IMG/VR virus record: IMGVR_UViG_3300037512_002166 | DNA: 64,000 nucleotides | Strand: one strand, 5' to 3' | Source: an uncultured virus (IMG/VR IMGVR_UViG_3300037512_002166) | Taxonomy: Duplodnaviria; Heunggongvirae; Uroviricota; Caudoviricetes | Shown: piece after piece, positions 1-9,932 of the stretch | Layout: every line of letters starts with the position of its first letter | How positions within the stretch are numbered: position 1 is the stretch's first letter | Translations under genes and position numbers: made by a program | The notes under the pieces: generated by a model | What the model saw: the letters and a program-made list of their open reading frames with translations, nothing else | Database searches by the model: none | What the model was told of the DNA's origin: nothing

Positions 1-2261
1 TTCGACGTGGTGTCCTGCTGGTTAGGCTGGATGTTGCCCTCGTCGATCACGCCGTAGCCGTCGACCTTCTTCAGGGTTCCGTTGGCGTTCTTCTGGACGG
101 GGTTCTTGCCGTCTTCGGTCACGAGGATGCGGAAGTGGCAGCCGGCGCAGGGGCCGTCAGACATCACCACCGCCATCTCGCCGTCCTCGATGGCGCAGTC
201 GAAGATGTTGAACCCGAGGGCCTTCAGCTTGACGAAGAAGTGGCTGTAGCGGAGGTTGCCGTCGGCGTCGGTGTCATCGATGTTGTAGCCGTCGTCGAAG
301 TAGACGTCGGAAAGGACGTTCAGGGGGTTGCCCTGGCCGTCCTGCAGGTTCTTTATCGTCGGTTTGACGTCATCGAAGTCCTCAACGTGCTCGTGGGGCT
401 CCAGGGCGTCGTACTGATGCTCGAAATCGTAGTTCTCGCCCGTCTCCGGGTTGACGTATGCCTGTGCATAGGCCTCCGGCGGCGTGTCGGTCGCCTCGTA
501 GAAGCGGGAGGCGCCGTCGGTGTCGACGTAGATCGACGGCATGATGCAGCCGGTCGCGGGGATCTTGCGCGTCACGACCTGGGTGATGGTGTCGCCTACC
601 TCGGGCTCGCCCTCGATGGAGAGGCCGACCTCGGCAAGGGTCATCCCCAGCGGGCTGCCGCCGACATACCACCCCATCGGGGTGTAGGACTCCTTGCTTA
701 CCTGGAGGCGCTCGGCGACGAAGTCGACGTTCTCCCACCCGGAACCCTGTCCGTCCGGCGGAAGCATCCACAGGACGTGGGTCTGCAGGTGGCCGATGAC
801 GACGAGCGTAACCCTTGACAGGTCGGAGCCGGCGGGCAGCGACTCGACATACGCCCTCACGGCGTCCGCGGACACCCTCACGCCGACTACCTTCTCGTCG
901 GCGAACAGGCCCTTGTCCTCGGGCGCCACGTCGTTGCTGACGGTGACGGTGTCGAAGTCCGAGACCTCGACCTCGTGCGGGTTCGAGAGCGACATGCCGT
1001 CGCCCAGGCACAGCTTCACGCGGTCGACGACGATATCCCAGCCCTTGTCGCAGACCAGGGACGCGGCCCGGATAGAGCCGGCCTGCGGCGTCGAAGGATC
1101 GTCGTCCTGGCTCCAGAAATGGCGTATGGGCGCGTCGGGGTCGATCCCGGCGGCGCATCCCATCGGAGCGTAGAGCCCCATTTCAAGGGCCCCGACGTAG
1201 CCTCCTGACAGGTCAGAGGTAAGCCTGGCGCCGAAGGTCTGCTTCTTCCCGGAAACGACGGAAAGGTCCTCCAGCGCGGCGGTGGTATCGCTCCCCTGCG
1301 AGGTGCTCGTGGCGTAGCCGCCCGTGACGGACACGGAGACATACTCCGCGTCGCGGCCCATGTAGGTCAGGACGTCGGACAGGCCGATCCACTTCGCGAA
1401 CGCCTTCATGTCCACCACCTCGACGCCCTCGGCGGTTCCCCCGGCGGAGAGCCAGCCCTTGGGCGTAGGGTTCGGGTAGTAGTACGGTACGTTCTCGGAG
1501 GAACCCTTGCCGGTGATCCTCGTCACGATCTTGGCGTTCTGGTTGTTCTTCTGGACGGAGAGAAGCTCGTCGTCCGGGCCGTACTGCACGGGAAGGGGCA
1601 CGGCGCCCCCGTCGCCGAACACGGCGGAATCCCCGGAGAAGTAATACGGCACCTTCCAGACGCTGTAGGCCTCCGAAAGCGCCTCGGCGAGCGTCTTCTT
1701 GTCAAACGAAAGCTCCTTGCTCTCCGTGGTCCCCTGGTAGGCGGACTCGACGGAAACCGAGAAGCGGCTCTGCAGGCCGAGGGATGTAAGGACGTCGCTG
1801 AAGCGGGCGACAAACTCGTCCAGGGTCCCGAAGAAGGTCACCTTGTAGTCGTCGGAGGAGAACTTCCCCGCGCTCGCGGAGCCTGCGGCCACGCTGTCGC
1901 GGAAATACACGCCCGAGAGCAGGATGTCGCGCCGGGACTTGAACTCCAGGGTGTGGACGTACCGGGAATCCGTGTTGTCCTTGCTCGAAGACGGCGTGTG
2001 CGACAGGAAGAAAGCCTCCAGGCTCCCGACCGGCGTGCCGCCCTGCAGTGATGCCTCGTCGAGAACGACAAACTCCCTGCCGGTCCAGTAGCTGTCAAGG
2101 CACTTCGCGTGCTTGAGCGTCGCCGTCAGGGAGGTGGACCCCATACGCTCCGACACATAGTCGTAATCCAGCAGCTTCACGGGCTCGCCGTCAACCAGGA
2201 ACTGGCTGAAGGTCTGCCCGTCAGCAGAGAGCGTATAGATCGTCAGAAGTTCGATGTTCAC
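1..2261 (-). CDS. Tail tip/hub-like structural protein, runs off the left edge (not in ORF track)
   Basis: GTG at 2261 begins VNIELLTIYTLSADGQTFSQFLVDGEPVKLLDYDYVSERMGSTSLTATL; same frame is open at the window start (GYGVIDEGNIQPNQQDTTS); resembles Bacteroidales phage tail proteins; promoter directly upstream. Confidence 0.7.
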   Translation of the reverse strand, partial: MNIELLTIYTLSADGQTFSQFLVDGEPVKLLDYDYVSERMGSTSLTATLKHAKCLDSYWTGREFVVLDEASLQGGTPVGSLEAFFLSHTPSSSKDNTDSRYVHTLEFKSRRDILLSGVYFRDSVAAGSASAGKFSSDDYKVTFFGTLDEFVARFSDVLTSLGLQSRFSVSVESAYQGTTESKELSFDKKTLAEALSEAYSVWKVPYYFSGDSAVFGDGGAVPLPVQYGPDDELLSVQKNNQNAKIVTRITGKGSSENVPYYYPNPTPKGWLSAGGTAEGVEVVDMKAFAKWIGLSDVLTYMGRDAEYVSVSVTGGYATSTSQGSDTTAALEDLSVVSGKKQTFGARLTSDLSGGYVGALEMGLYAPMGCAAGIDPDAPIRHFWSQDDDPSTPQAGSIRAASLVCDKGWDIVVDRVKLCLGDGMSLSNPHEVEVSDFDTVTVSNDVAPEDKGLFADEKVVGVRVSADAVRAYVESLPAGSDLSRVTLVVIGHLQTHVLWMLPPDGQGSGWENVDFVAERLQVSKESYTPMGWYVGGSPLGMTLAEVGLSIEGEPEVGDTITQVVTRKIPATGCIMPSIYVDTDGASRFYEATDTPPEAYAQAYVNPETGENYDFEHQYDALEPHEHVEDFDDVKPTIKNLQDGQGNPLNVLSDVYFDDGYNIDDTDADGNLRYSHFFVKLKALGFNIFDCAIEDGEMAVVMSDGPCAGCHFRILVTEDGKNPVQKNANGTLKKVDGYGVIDEGNIQPNQQDTTS

Positions 2262-2301
2262 AGTTCAAGCGCTTTTGTGTACATTCTCGGTGGCATCGGG
2301 A

Positions 2302-2313
2302 CAAATATAACCC
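2302..2313 (-). promoter_or_regulatory. Bacteroidetes -7 promoter element (GGGTTATATTTG) for tail gene
   Basis: TAnnTTTG consensus; 17-bp direct repeat GGGACAAATATAACCCA at 2298-2314 and 2477-2493. Confidence 0.7.
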
Positions 2314-2384
2314 AATTTTTGACCAACTCCAAATTTTTTGCGAAATTTTTCACATGCGCGCATCATGCACACGCACATACGGGC

Positions 2385-2475
2385 AAAAAACAACCCCGGA
2401 GTCCTTCACAGGTGTCCGGGGCCGCGAACTCTCATCAAAGTTACGCCGTTTGATTATGAAAAAGTTAAAAATGTC
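2385..2475 (-). ncRNA. Candidate antisense sRNA E (anti-start-codon guide plus GTGA-loop terminator)
   Basis: Promoter at 2481-2492, U-rich segment complementary to TTTGATTATGAAAAAGTTAAAAA, then hairpin CCCCGGA..CCT-GTGA-AGG..TCCGGGG and U-tract. Confidence 0.5.
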
Positions 2476-2480
2476 AGGGA

Positions 2481-2492
2481 CAAATATAACCC
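2481..2492 (-). promoter_or_regulatory. Second GGGTTATATTTG promoter
   Basis: Identical copy of the 2302-2313 element. Confidence 0.7.
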
Positions 2493-2789
2493 ATTCCAAG
2501 CAAATAAGCAATACCCGGCGGAGATTTTTTGACTATTCTTGCATTTTCGATACAGATAGGCCCCATCCGGCAGATCTATCAGTAACGGATCCCTTTCTTC
2601 TGGATCCTGGCAGAAAATGGCGGGAGTTTTTCTTTTGCAAATAAGAATTCCCACACAGACATTCCCATACTCCAGTTCTTTTTCTTTCCTGGAGAAGAAA
2701 AATAAAAAAAAATTATAAAAAATAAAAAAATCGCAAAGGGGCACCCCGACCCTCCCTTCGTCCGGTAGCGGGGTGGGGTATCACTCAAA

Positions 2790-2936
2790 CAAGCCAAGCC
2801 AAGCCAAGCCAAGCCGGAAAGAATTGTATCTAATACGGACGTATTGCAAGCATACCAAGCCAAGCCAAGACAATAGGCCGGAAAGGGTGCAAGCCAAGCA
2901 AGCCAAGCCAAGCAAGGAAAAAACAAGCCAAGCAAG
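2790..2936. repeat. CAAGC/AAGCC short tandem repeats
   Basis: 5x AAGCC at 2791-2815 and further clusters to 2936, next to A-tracts and a GC hairpin at about 2740-2780. Confidence 0.85.
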
Positions 2937-3190
2937 CGCGAAAATGTCCACCCTCTTTCCATGTATTGCAGAGATTCAACAACACACAATCATAATACAT
3001 GAAACAATACACAACAATACACACAACCAAAGAGATACACTAAAAGAGATTCAAAGTATGTATTTACTCTTTCTTTCTTTCTCTCTCAAATAGTATCAAT
3101 ATCAAAGAATAGAAAGAGAGTAAAAGAGAGAAAGAAAGGGACTGCAAATGTAGGGTTTGAAAAAAGATTGCAATTTTTTTTGATGAAGTA

Positions 3191-3251
3191 TTGCAATATT
3201 AAAAATTGTTTGTATCTTTGCGGTGTACGATAGTACTTTGAAGTTCTTTGA
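3191..3251 (+). promoter_or_regulatory. Early promoter (TTG..TATCTTTG) followed by boxA-like AAGTTCTTTGA
   Basis: -7 TATCTTTG at 3213-3220; boxA-like motif at 3241-3251. Confidence 0.65.
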
Positions 3252-3888
3252 GTGGTCGCGGTGAAAAGCCTTGCAAAGGGTCTGCCTTTAGGCTTTCCGG
3301 CTCGCAGTGATGCAAGCCGGAAAGCGCAGAACCTTACAAGGCGAAGTAACCGCAGCGGTAACGGCTTAGGCCGTGACGTGGAATCACTAGTCTTGCTATT
3401 TGGCCGTAGTTCCATTAGATAGGAAAACGGCACGATAACGGCACAATGAGAGCAGCGGAAGCAATTACATGCAGCAAGAGCAAACAAAGAAAGCGAAAGC
3501 GAGTATTTGAGGGTTTGCATATAGGTCGCATTTTTTAACGTTTGAGCAAGTACACGTATTTGCAACACGTGTATACTACACAATCAGTCCCTTTGGAGAT
3601 AGCATCAAAGCAAGGGCGCAGCACCGATAGACAAAGCAAGCAGAAAGCGATGGAAAGGTCTGCAAGGGCATTGAAAGGGCCGTTATTTGATAGGACTGCA
3701 AGAGCAGCGCATCAGCGCAGCCGTAAACACTTTTACGGCTCTTTCTCTTGCAGTGATTCGGCATGTACATTTACTTGCTGAATCGGGTTTTATTTTGGAT
3801 TGAATAACGGCCTATCTATATTGATTTATAGATAGGTTTCAAAATACCTTTTATTCCTTTCATTTTTAACACTTTAAACCCTATCAAC

Positions 3889-4524
3889 ATGGAGAAAAAA
3901 TTTAGTATTGCAAAGGTGCGTAGCGCATACTGCAAGCAGATTGAGAAAGACCACCGCAGCCTTTCCGAGTATTTGCGTTTAATCAATGCCGATTTTGAGG
4001 CCTACACGGCTAAGAAACCCGCAGCGAGCGAGCGAGCGAAAGATAGTTACACCTTCTTTAGCGAGAGCAACACAAAGAAAGAGTACTTGTCTTTGTCTTT
4101 CATCAAGCAGTGGTACACGGGTATCGATGCGAAAGGCCGGATTTGCGATTTTAGAAAGGTCGCTTTGGCCGAAGAGCCGGAAGCACGCGAAAAATTCACC
4201 GACTACGATTTTATCGTAGACGATTCCGGAATCTGCAAAATGCTCGTACCCGTCAACCTTTGGACTGCTGCCAAGACTCTTTCTAAGATTGCAGCAGCAA
4301 TCAAAGCCAAGAAAGAGAGCGAGAACGCAGCGAGCGCAGCCGAGAGAGAGCAGCAGAAAGCCGAGCGAGAGCGCAAACAATATGAGAGCGCGCTAGCAAG
4401 GGTCAAAGCCTATGAGAGCAAGCAAGTCGCAGCAGCACCGCAGCCGAAAGCCGAGCCGAGCAAGCCGAGCGAGAGCAAGAGCGAGAGCAAGAGCGAGAGC
4501 AAGGCGAGCAAGGGCGAAAAGTAG
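3889..4524 (+). CDS. First early protein, hypothetical, low-complexity ESKS C-terminus
   Basis: 211-aa ORF with A-rich initiation region. Confidence 0.8.
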   Translation: MEKKFSIAKVRSAYCKQIEKDHRSLSEYLRLINADFEAYTAKKPAASERAKDSYTFFSESNTKKEYLSLSFIKQWYTGIDAKGRICDFRKVALAEEPEAREKFTDYDFIVDDSGICKMLVPVNLWTAAKTLSKIAAAIKAKKESENAASAAEREQQKAERERKQYESALARVKAYESKQVAAAPQPKAEPSKPSESKSESKSESKASKGEK

Positions 4525-4609
4525 GCGCAGCACCTTTGGCAGTGGGACGTCCGGTCTTCGGGCGTCCCGCTGCTGCATTATCTGAACTGATCAAGGAATT
4601 CAGATTGAT

Positions 4610-4652
4610 TCAAAGGGCCGTGAGTCGAAAGATTCGCGGCCCTTTTTGAATT
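4610..4652 (+). terminator. Intrinsic terminator-like hairpin
   Basis: AAAGGGCCG..GAAA..CGGCCCTTT followed by T-rich tract. Confidence 0.6.
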
Positions 4653-5280
4653 TATTTCGGTTCGAATCCGAATTCGGGTACACTTGCCGGTGGTTTGACA
4701 AACCGGCGCGAATCAATCCATGTAAAACCCGTTCCGAATCATACGAAATCAACGCATCTGCCCGAGCGAGCAAACGACAGAAATCGGGCAGTGAGCGCAG
4801 CGAAGTGATCACGAGCTGATCACGAGTATGTGACCGAACTACGGTCACGGATAGAACGGCGCGAAGTGGGGCGAGCCGGAGAGTGGAATCTCCGAGTCTT
4901 TTGAACCATCGTGCGTCCCGTAGCAGAACGCATTCCTGCGACGGAAGGGACTAACTGCGCAACAACGGCAAGAATGATTCATAATTTGAAAATTTTCCGG
5001 GCGAACTATGCCCGGACGAAGGGCCTGCATCTTCGGGTTGAAAGCAGGATAGCGAAAGACGGCGAACCAGTCTGCGCCTCCCATGGGCGGACAAATCATG
5101 GCTGCGTAATCCGGCGTACGGGACAACTGTACCCTGCCGGTTAGATGTTAACCACCACGTGCTTGGTGGACGGCGTAAGATTGCACTGGGATTTCCGAGA
5201 TACCCCAATTATCGGTAGTTCTTCGAACCGGCGGCGAGCGATCGCGGCCGGTTCTCCATTAACCAACAAATCATCAAATC

Positions 5281-5547
5281 ATGGACAATTACACCTACAA
5301 TCGCATCCGCCGCTCGAACGGCGGCCTCTGGTTCAAGCTTCGAATGATCGTCACGGGGATACTGCGCCCTGCCGTCTTCGAACGGAAATGGCAGCAGCAC
5401 GTGAACGAGTTCCAAGCCGAGCTGAACGCGAACAACTGGAACCGGCACGGGTTCAGAGTGGACCCGAGCGACCACAAGTATCACTTCGACCGGTTCGTCT
5501 ACGTCGAATTCGAGGACTTCGCGTACTCCGACGTCTGCGGCCGGTAG
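5281..5547 (+). CDS. Hypothetical early protein
   Basis: ORF with hairpin/AACC leader. Confidence 0.75.
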   Translation: MDNYTYNRIRRSNGGLWFKLRMIVTGILRPAVFERKWQQHVNEFQAELNANNWNRHGFRVDPSDHKYHFDRFVYVEFEDFAYSDVCGR

Positions 5548-5611
5548 CGAGTTATCTCGGGGTGGGTTGAGACCTGCCCCGGGGTGCAATCAACCTTAAA
5601 AACGAATCATC

Positions 5612-5755
5612 ATGAAACGAATTATCGAATTTGTACGGGAGCATTGGCTCCGGATGGGTGCCACGTGCGTCCTCCTCTTCCTTGCCTGCTGGTGGGGCAT
5701 CTGCGACCTGGGGTTCATCCCGGGCGCCGTGGCCATTATTCTCTGGACACGCTGA
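5612..5755 (+). CDS. Small membrane protein (47 aa, not in track)
   Basis: MKRIIEFVREHWLRMGATCVLLFLACWWGICDLGFIPGAVAIILWTR between two leader units. Confidence 0.7.
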   Translation: MKRIIEFVREHWLRMGATCVLLFLACWWGICDLGFIPGAVAIILWTR

Positions 5756-5820
5756 CACCATATCCCGGGGTGGGTTCCGACCGAACCCGGGGTACATCAA
5801 ACCTTAAAAACAATCGAATT

Positions 5821-6066
5821 ATGCTTTACGTCATCTGCACTGACAAGCGGGAGTCCGAGATGGGCCCTCGCGGTATCATCCTCCACAAGCTGATCATCGA
5901 ATGCACCGACTCCGACCAAGCGAACCGGGCGAAGTGCGAGCTGGAGAAGCGAAGCGAGCGATACAAGGCCATTCAGCTGGCCATGTACGAGCCGAACTTC
6001 GACAAGAGCCGGGGATGGTACACGTCGAACAAGATTGCCGCGCCCGCCTTCCTGCAGGGCCGCTAA
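5821..6066 (+). CDS. Hypothetical early protein
   Basis: Start chosen at ATG after leader (MLYVICTDK). Confidence 0.75.
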   Translation: MLYVICTDKRESEMGPRGIILHKLIIECTDSDQANRAKCELEKRSERYKAIQLAMYEPNFDKSRGWYTSNKIAAPAFLQGR

Positions 6067-6130
6067 TGAGTTATCCCCGGGTGGATTGTACCCAGCCGGG
6101 GATGCCAAAACAACCAAAAATCAAATTATC

Positions 6131-6463
6131 ATGATCACGAAAGAAAAAATCGATGCTCGCATTGATGAGATCAAGCGCGAGCTGAGCGGCGTCTACAACA
6201 ATCTCGAACGTGTTTGGGACGCGGCCAGGGCTGGGGACCTCGGGAAAGTTATGAACGAGGTGGATTCGCTGCAGAACCTCGGACGGAACTCCATATCCGG
6301 GGCGAAGTCCAAGCTCGACCTGCTGAACGATGACCTGTACGAGCTGATCGAGCAGCAGGAGAAAACCAAAGACCTGCCGAAACTCCTCGACTTCCAGATG
6401 GCCTTCGACCAGATCCAGTCCACTGTCAAGCGGTGGGACAAACAGCTCCACCCTGAAAAATAG
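6131..6463 (+). CDS. Hypothetical coiled-coil protein
   Basis: ATG after leader (MITKEKID). Confidence 0.75.
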   Translation: MITKEKIDARIDEIKRELSGVYNNLERVWDAARAGDLGKVMNEVDSLQNLGRNSISGAKSKLDLLNDDLYELIEQQEKTKDLPKLLDFQMAFDQIQSTVKRWDKQLHPEK

Positions 6464-6523
6464 ATGATTCGGATGCACCCCGGGAGGAGTGTATCCGGAC
6501 CACAAACCTTAAAACACCAAATT

Positions 6524-6865
6524 ATGTTACAAGTAGATTACAACATCGAGCTCGGTCGCATCCGCATCGAGCAGAACGGGAAAAAGTTCGACCTCGGGAT
6601 TTATCCTGCCAACTGCGAGTTCGGAGCCGTCGTGTGGCGGGGCAAGAACGAGAAGGGCAAGGACGTCGCTACGCTGATGACCTTCTGGGCTGACGAGCAG
6701 CACTGCAAGAACATCATCAAGAACGAAGGTTCGCTCATGTGCGGCGAGAAGGTCCTCTCCGTCGAGCTGAACATGTACTACAAGGAGAACTACAAGCTGC
6801 TGAAGTACATGATGCTCTCTGGCTACGAAGTCAAGTGCTACCACAAGGAGCCGGCGAGCGAGTAG
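6524..6865 (+). CDS. Hypothetical early protein
   Basis: ATG after leader (MLQVDYN). Confidence 0.75.
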   Translation: MLQVDYNIELGRIRIEQNGKKFDLGIYPANCEFGAVVWRGKNEKGKDVATLMTFWADEQHCKNIIKNEGSLMCGEKVLSVELNMYYKENYKLLKYMMLSGYEVKCYHKEPASE

Positions 6866-6928
6866 GCCGAACCATGCCCTGGGGCGAACCATGCCCCCGG
6901 GTGTGCCACAAACCAACACAAACGAATC

Positions 6929-7156
6929 ATGACCATTTTCGACCTCACGTGGCACCCATCGCGAATCAGCGAAGGGATGATCGCCAAACAAAAGCTCGCA
7001 GACGGGACGATTGTATTCGTGCGTTTCGAGGACAACACGTACCACCTCACGCTCTTCGGTAAGGACAATCGCGTAACTGAAGACTGGACCCATTTGAACC
7101 GGCAGCAGGTTAACGCGCACCTCGCATCGATTGAGTTTGTCGCAAGCCACTCTTGA
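6929..7156 (+). CDS. Hypothetical early protein
   Basis: ORF with leader. Confidence 0.7.
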   Translation: MTIFDLTWHPSRISEGMIAKQKLADGTIVFVRFEDNTYHLTLFGKDNRVTEDWTHLNRQQVNAHLASIEFVASHS

Positions 7157-7216
7157 ATCGTGCCCCGGGATAACCACGCCCCGGGGTGCGCCATCAACCA
7201 AAAAACACATCGAATT

Positions 7217-7813
7217 ATGTACGAGAAAGAATCTTTGAACTACCGTGGTATGACTATCTCGGTATTCTACGACGAGTGCCCGGATTCCCCGGATACGTGG
7301 GACAATCCGGATTGCTTCCTCTGCTCCGACTATCGCGACCTACACGTGAACTCGGAGTCCATCTCCCCGGACGAGTGTCGGCGAGCGATCGAGGGCGGCA
7401 AGTATTTCCTCAACGGGTTCTACATCTTCCCGGTCTGCATCTATGACCACTCCGGACTGGCCCTGCATCTTGGCACGAGCCATGGCTGGGACTACTCGAA
7501 CGGATGGGCCTTCGTGTGCGTCCGGCGCCAGAAGAAATGGAGCTGGGAGAAGGAGAAGGCCGCGAAGATTGCGCAGAACGTGCTGGACGAGTGGAATCTC
7601 TATCTCTCCGGCCAGGTCTTCTGCGTTTGCGCGGAGGACAAGTACGGCGAACTGATCGACTCGACTTGCGGCTACTACGGCGAGGAGGGCATCAAGGACG
7701 GGGTCGCCGAGGCGAAGAGCATCATCGACTACCGGCTGAAGTGCCGGCTGAAGGCCCACATCGCGAAACGGAAGTCGCAGATCAAGCACCACGTCCCGCT
7801 GTACGCGAGATAG
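7217..7813 (+). CDS. Conserved phage early protein (YDHSG..WD motif), possibly anti-defence
   Basis: ORF with leader; DSPDTWDN / YDHSGL motifs. Confidence 0.7.
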   Translation: MYEKESLNYRGMTISVFYDECPDSPDTWDNPDCFLCSDYRDLHVNSESISPDECRRAIEGGKYFLNGFYIFPVCIYDHSGLALHLGTSHGWDYSNGWAFVCVRRQKKWSWEKEKAAKIAQNVLDEWNLYLSGQVFCVCAEDKYGELIDSTCGYYGEEGIKDGVAEAKSIIDYRLKCRLKAHIAKRKSQIKHHVPLYAR

Positions 7814-7886
7814 GCCTATTCCTGCTGCTGACGAACTATCTCCGGGGGCATTGCGCCCGGAGGTACCACAACCAATCAGAATCATT

Positions 7887-8234
7887 ATGAGAACATTCAA
7901 GTACAAGACCCTTATGGGACTACTGCGCGCCAACCACTTTGGCCAGTTCACATTTCAGCAGTTCATCAATGGCCGGTTCTGCCACAAGACACGCGGGTTG
8001 TGCCGCTACGTCTTGAGCGACGAGGCCCGGGATGAGGCAGCTCGAAAGTTCGCCGGCGTATTGTACAGCCGGCCGAGCGAGGAGAAAGTGTCTCTCGTAC
8101 GAAGGTATAGAGGACGCGAATATGGCATACTCGGACGGCTGTGGATCAACCGGAACGGACGTGCGGAGTACTGCGCGGGCCAGGACTATCCGGGCGAGAT
8201 CCGGACAATCCAGCGCATCATGCGCAGTTGGTAG
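7887..8234 (+). CDS. Hypothetical basic protein (YCAGQDY motif)
   Basis: ATG after leader. Confidence 0.7.
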   Translation: MRTFKYKTLMGLLRANHFGQFTFQQFINGRFCHKTRGLCRYVLSDEARDEAARKFAGVLYSRPSEEKVSLVRRYRGREYGILGRLWINRNGRAEYCAGQDYPGEIRTIQRIMRSW

Positions 8235-8294
8235 AATCGGGCCGGCCCGGGGACGGGCCAACCCGAACCACATCAACCTTTAAACATTTCAATT

Positions 8295-9134
8295 ATGGCT
8301 TATTCACATTACGATGTCGCCCATCGTTGGGCGACCGGCATCGGCGAAAGATGCAAGGGTGGCAACATGTTCTTCGAGGGGAATTATATCTTCTCCTATG
8401 GCTATCACTTTGTGATTGCGGTCAAGTACAACGGAAAGGTGCTCTTCAACGACGACACCTATTCGAACTCGACGAGCAAGCATCAGAGCATAACCCGGGG
8501 AGCGTGCCGCCAGTACGACCTCATCCACTGCGCGCACCTGTCCTATCGCGACACGATTGGCGACAAGGCATTCATCAAGTCGAACCTCGACTCGTGGCGC
8601 GGCCAGATCGAGTGGGTTGTCGAGAACAAGCTTGGCAAGGCCCGCAAGCCGGAGAAGTACTACGCCGAGATCCTCGAAATTGTCAGATTGGCCGAGGAGT
8701 TCTGCGAATTCTTCAAGGTCAAGCTCCCGAAGGAGTTCATTTCCTATAAGGCGTACACTCCGGACCGGAAGGTATGGATGGAGAAGGTGCTGGCCGACAT
8801 GAAGAAACGCGCCGAGGCGGCCGCCCGCAAGCGGGCCAAGGCCGAGAAGGAGTCAGCCGAGAAGTTCATGAAATTCGAGTCGAACTACTTCAACGGCAAC
8901 TACCAGATCGTGCGCCTTCGCACCGACAAGAACCGATTCGAGACCTCACTCGGGGTGCAGATTCCGTTCGAGATCGGCCGCGAGTTCTACGAGAAGCTGC
9001 GCGACGGCCTGCTCCACGTGGGCGACCAGGTGTTGTACTACACCATCCGCGCACTCGGCAACGAGATCAAGATCGGATGCCACACGTTCAAGCGGAGCTA
9101 CTTGCTCGAGTACGGCAAGAAGGTCTTCGCGTAG
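8295..9134 (+). CDS. Conserved phage early protein (YSYG..YSxSTSKHQ motif)
   Basis: 279-aa ORF with leader. Confidence 0.8.
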   Translation: MAYSHYDVAHRWATGIGERCKGGNMFFEGNYIFSYGYHFVIAVKYNGKVLFNDDTYSNSTSKHQSITRGACRQYDLIHCAHLSYRDTIGDKAFIKSNLDSWRGQIEWVVENKLGKARKPEKYYAEILEIVRLAEEFCEFFKVKLPKEFISYKAYTPDRKVWMEKVLADMKKRAEAAARKRAKAEKESAEKFMKFESNYFNGNYQIVRLRTDKNRFETSLGVQIPFEIGREFYEKLRDGLLHVGDQVLYYTIRALGNEIKIGCHTFKRSYLLEYGKKVFA

Positions 9135-9196
9135 CAGAATCATTCCGGGGCGGGAGAACCGGCCCGGGGTACGAACAACCAAAAACACAACGAATC

Positions 9197-9436
9197 ATGG
9201 AACCATTGAAAGAAATTGCGGCCTACTGCGCCGCGCACATCGAAGACTATGAGGTCCGGGTGCAGCTCGCGCTGAAGCAGATGGACCACATGCGCTGCCC
9301 GTTCAACATGGCTGACGACGGCCGACTTAGCAACGAGATCGAGGAGTGTGCCCGTGAGTGGTGTGACGATCACGATGTCTCCATCGACTTCTTTGACGAC
9401 ATTGACGTCGAAGAGATTGTCTTCGCCGGAGCGTAA
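9197..9436 (+). CDS. Small acidic protein
   Basis: ATG after leader. Confidence 0.7.
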   Translation: MEPLKEIAAYCAAHIEDYEVRVQLALKQMDHMRCPFNMADDGRLSNEIEECAREWCDDHDVSIDFFDDIDVEEIVFAGA

Positions 9437-9493
9437 CGCCTTCCCCGGGATGAACCACGGGGTTGGTTCTAACAACCAACAAATCAAAGAATT

Positions 9494-9874
9494 ATGACAA
9501 CAAGGCAAATCGAGGCGAGGCAGCGGGAGCTGAACCGCCTCTGGGCAGACCGAAACGGAGGCGAGGTCTGCGGATGCGCAAAGTTAATCACGCCCGAAGA
9601 ACAACGTGAGTACGAAGAACTGAGCCTGCGTCGGATGATCATCAGCGACTTCTGCTACGGCGGAGCCAGCTGCAGCGGCATCTACGACGAGCGGACCGGG
9701 AGGTGGCACGAGCGGTACGGATACCCTTATGCTGAGAAGATCGGATTCGAGCGGGCGCTCGAGGTCTTCAAGGAGCAGCGCGCGTTTCTGCAGAAGCACG
9801 CCACGGTCCACTACAACGTCCACACCGACCACGAGGGTTGCAGCTACAACAGCATCTCGTGGGATGTCTATTGA
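9494..9874 (+). CDS. Hypothetical early protein
   Basis: ORF with leader. Confidence 0.75.
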   Translation: MTTRQIEARQRELNRLWADRNGGEVCGCAKLITPEEQREYEELSLRRMIISDFCYGGASCSGIYDERTGRWHERYGYPYAEKIGFERALEVFKEQRAFLQKHATVHYNVHTDHEGCSYNSISWDVY

Positions 9875-9932
9875 TGCCACACCCCTGGGAGACCCGGGGT
9901 ATGGTGCCATTAACCTCTAAAACACACAAATT

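Noticed and set aside
135..2453. Short ORFs listed in the track at the left end
   Set aside because: Most overlap the long minus-strand tail gene, which the track missed because it lacks a stop within the window; none has a credible leader.
2456..2644. Plus-strand ORF starting MKKLKMSG
   Set aside because: It runs through an opposite-strand promoter and has no protein-like features; better explained as the mirror of sRNA E, though not excluded.
2790..2936. CRISPR array
   Set aside because: These are pentamer tandem repeats with no 25-40 nt repeat-spacer periodicity and no cas genes.
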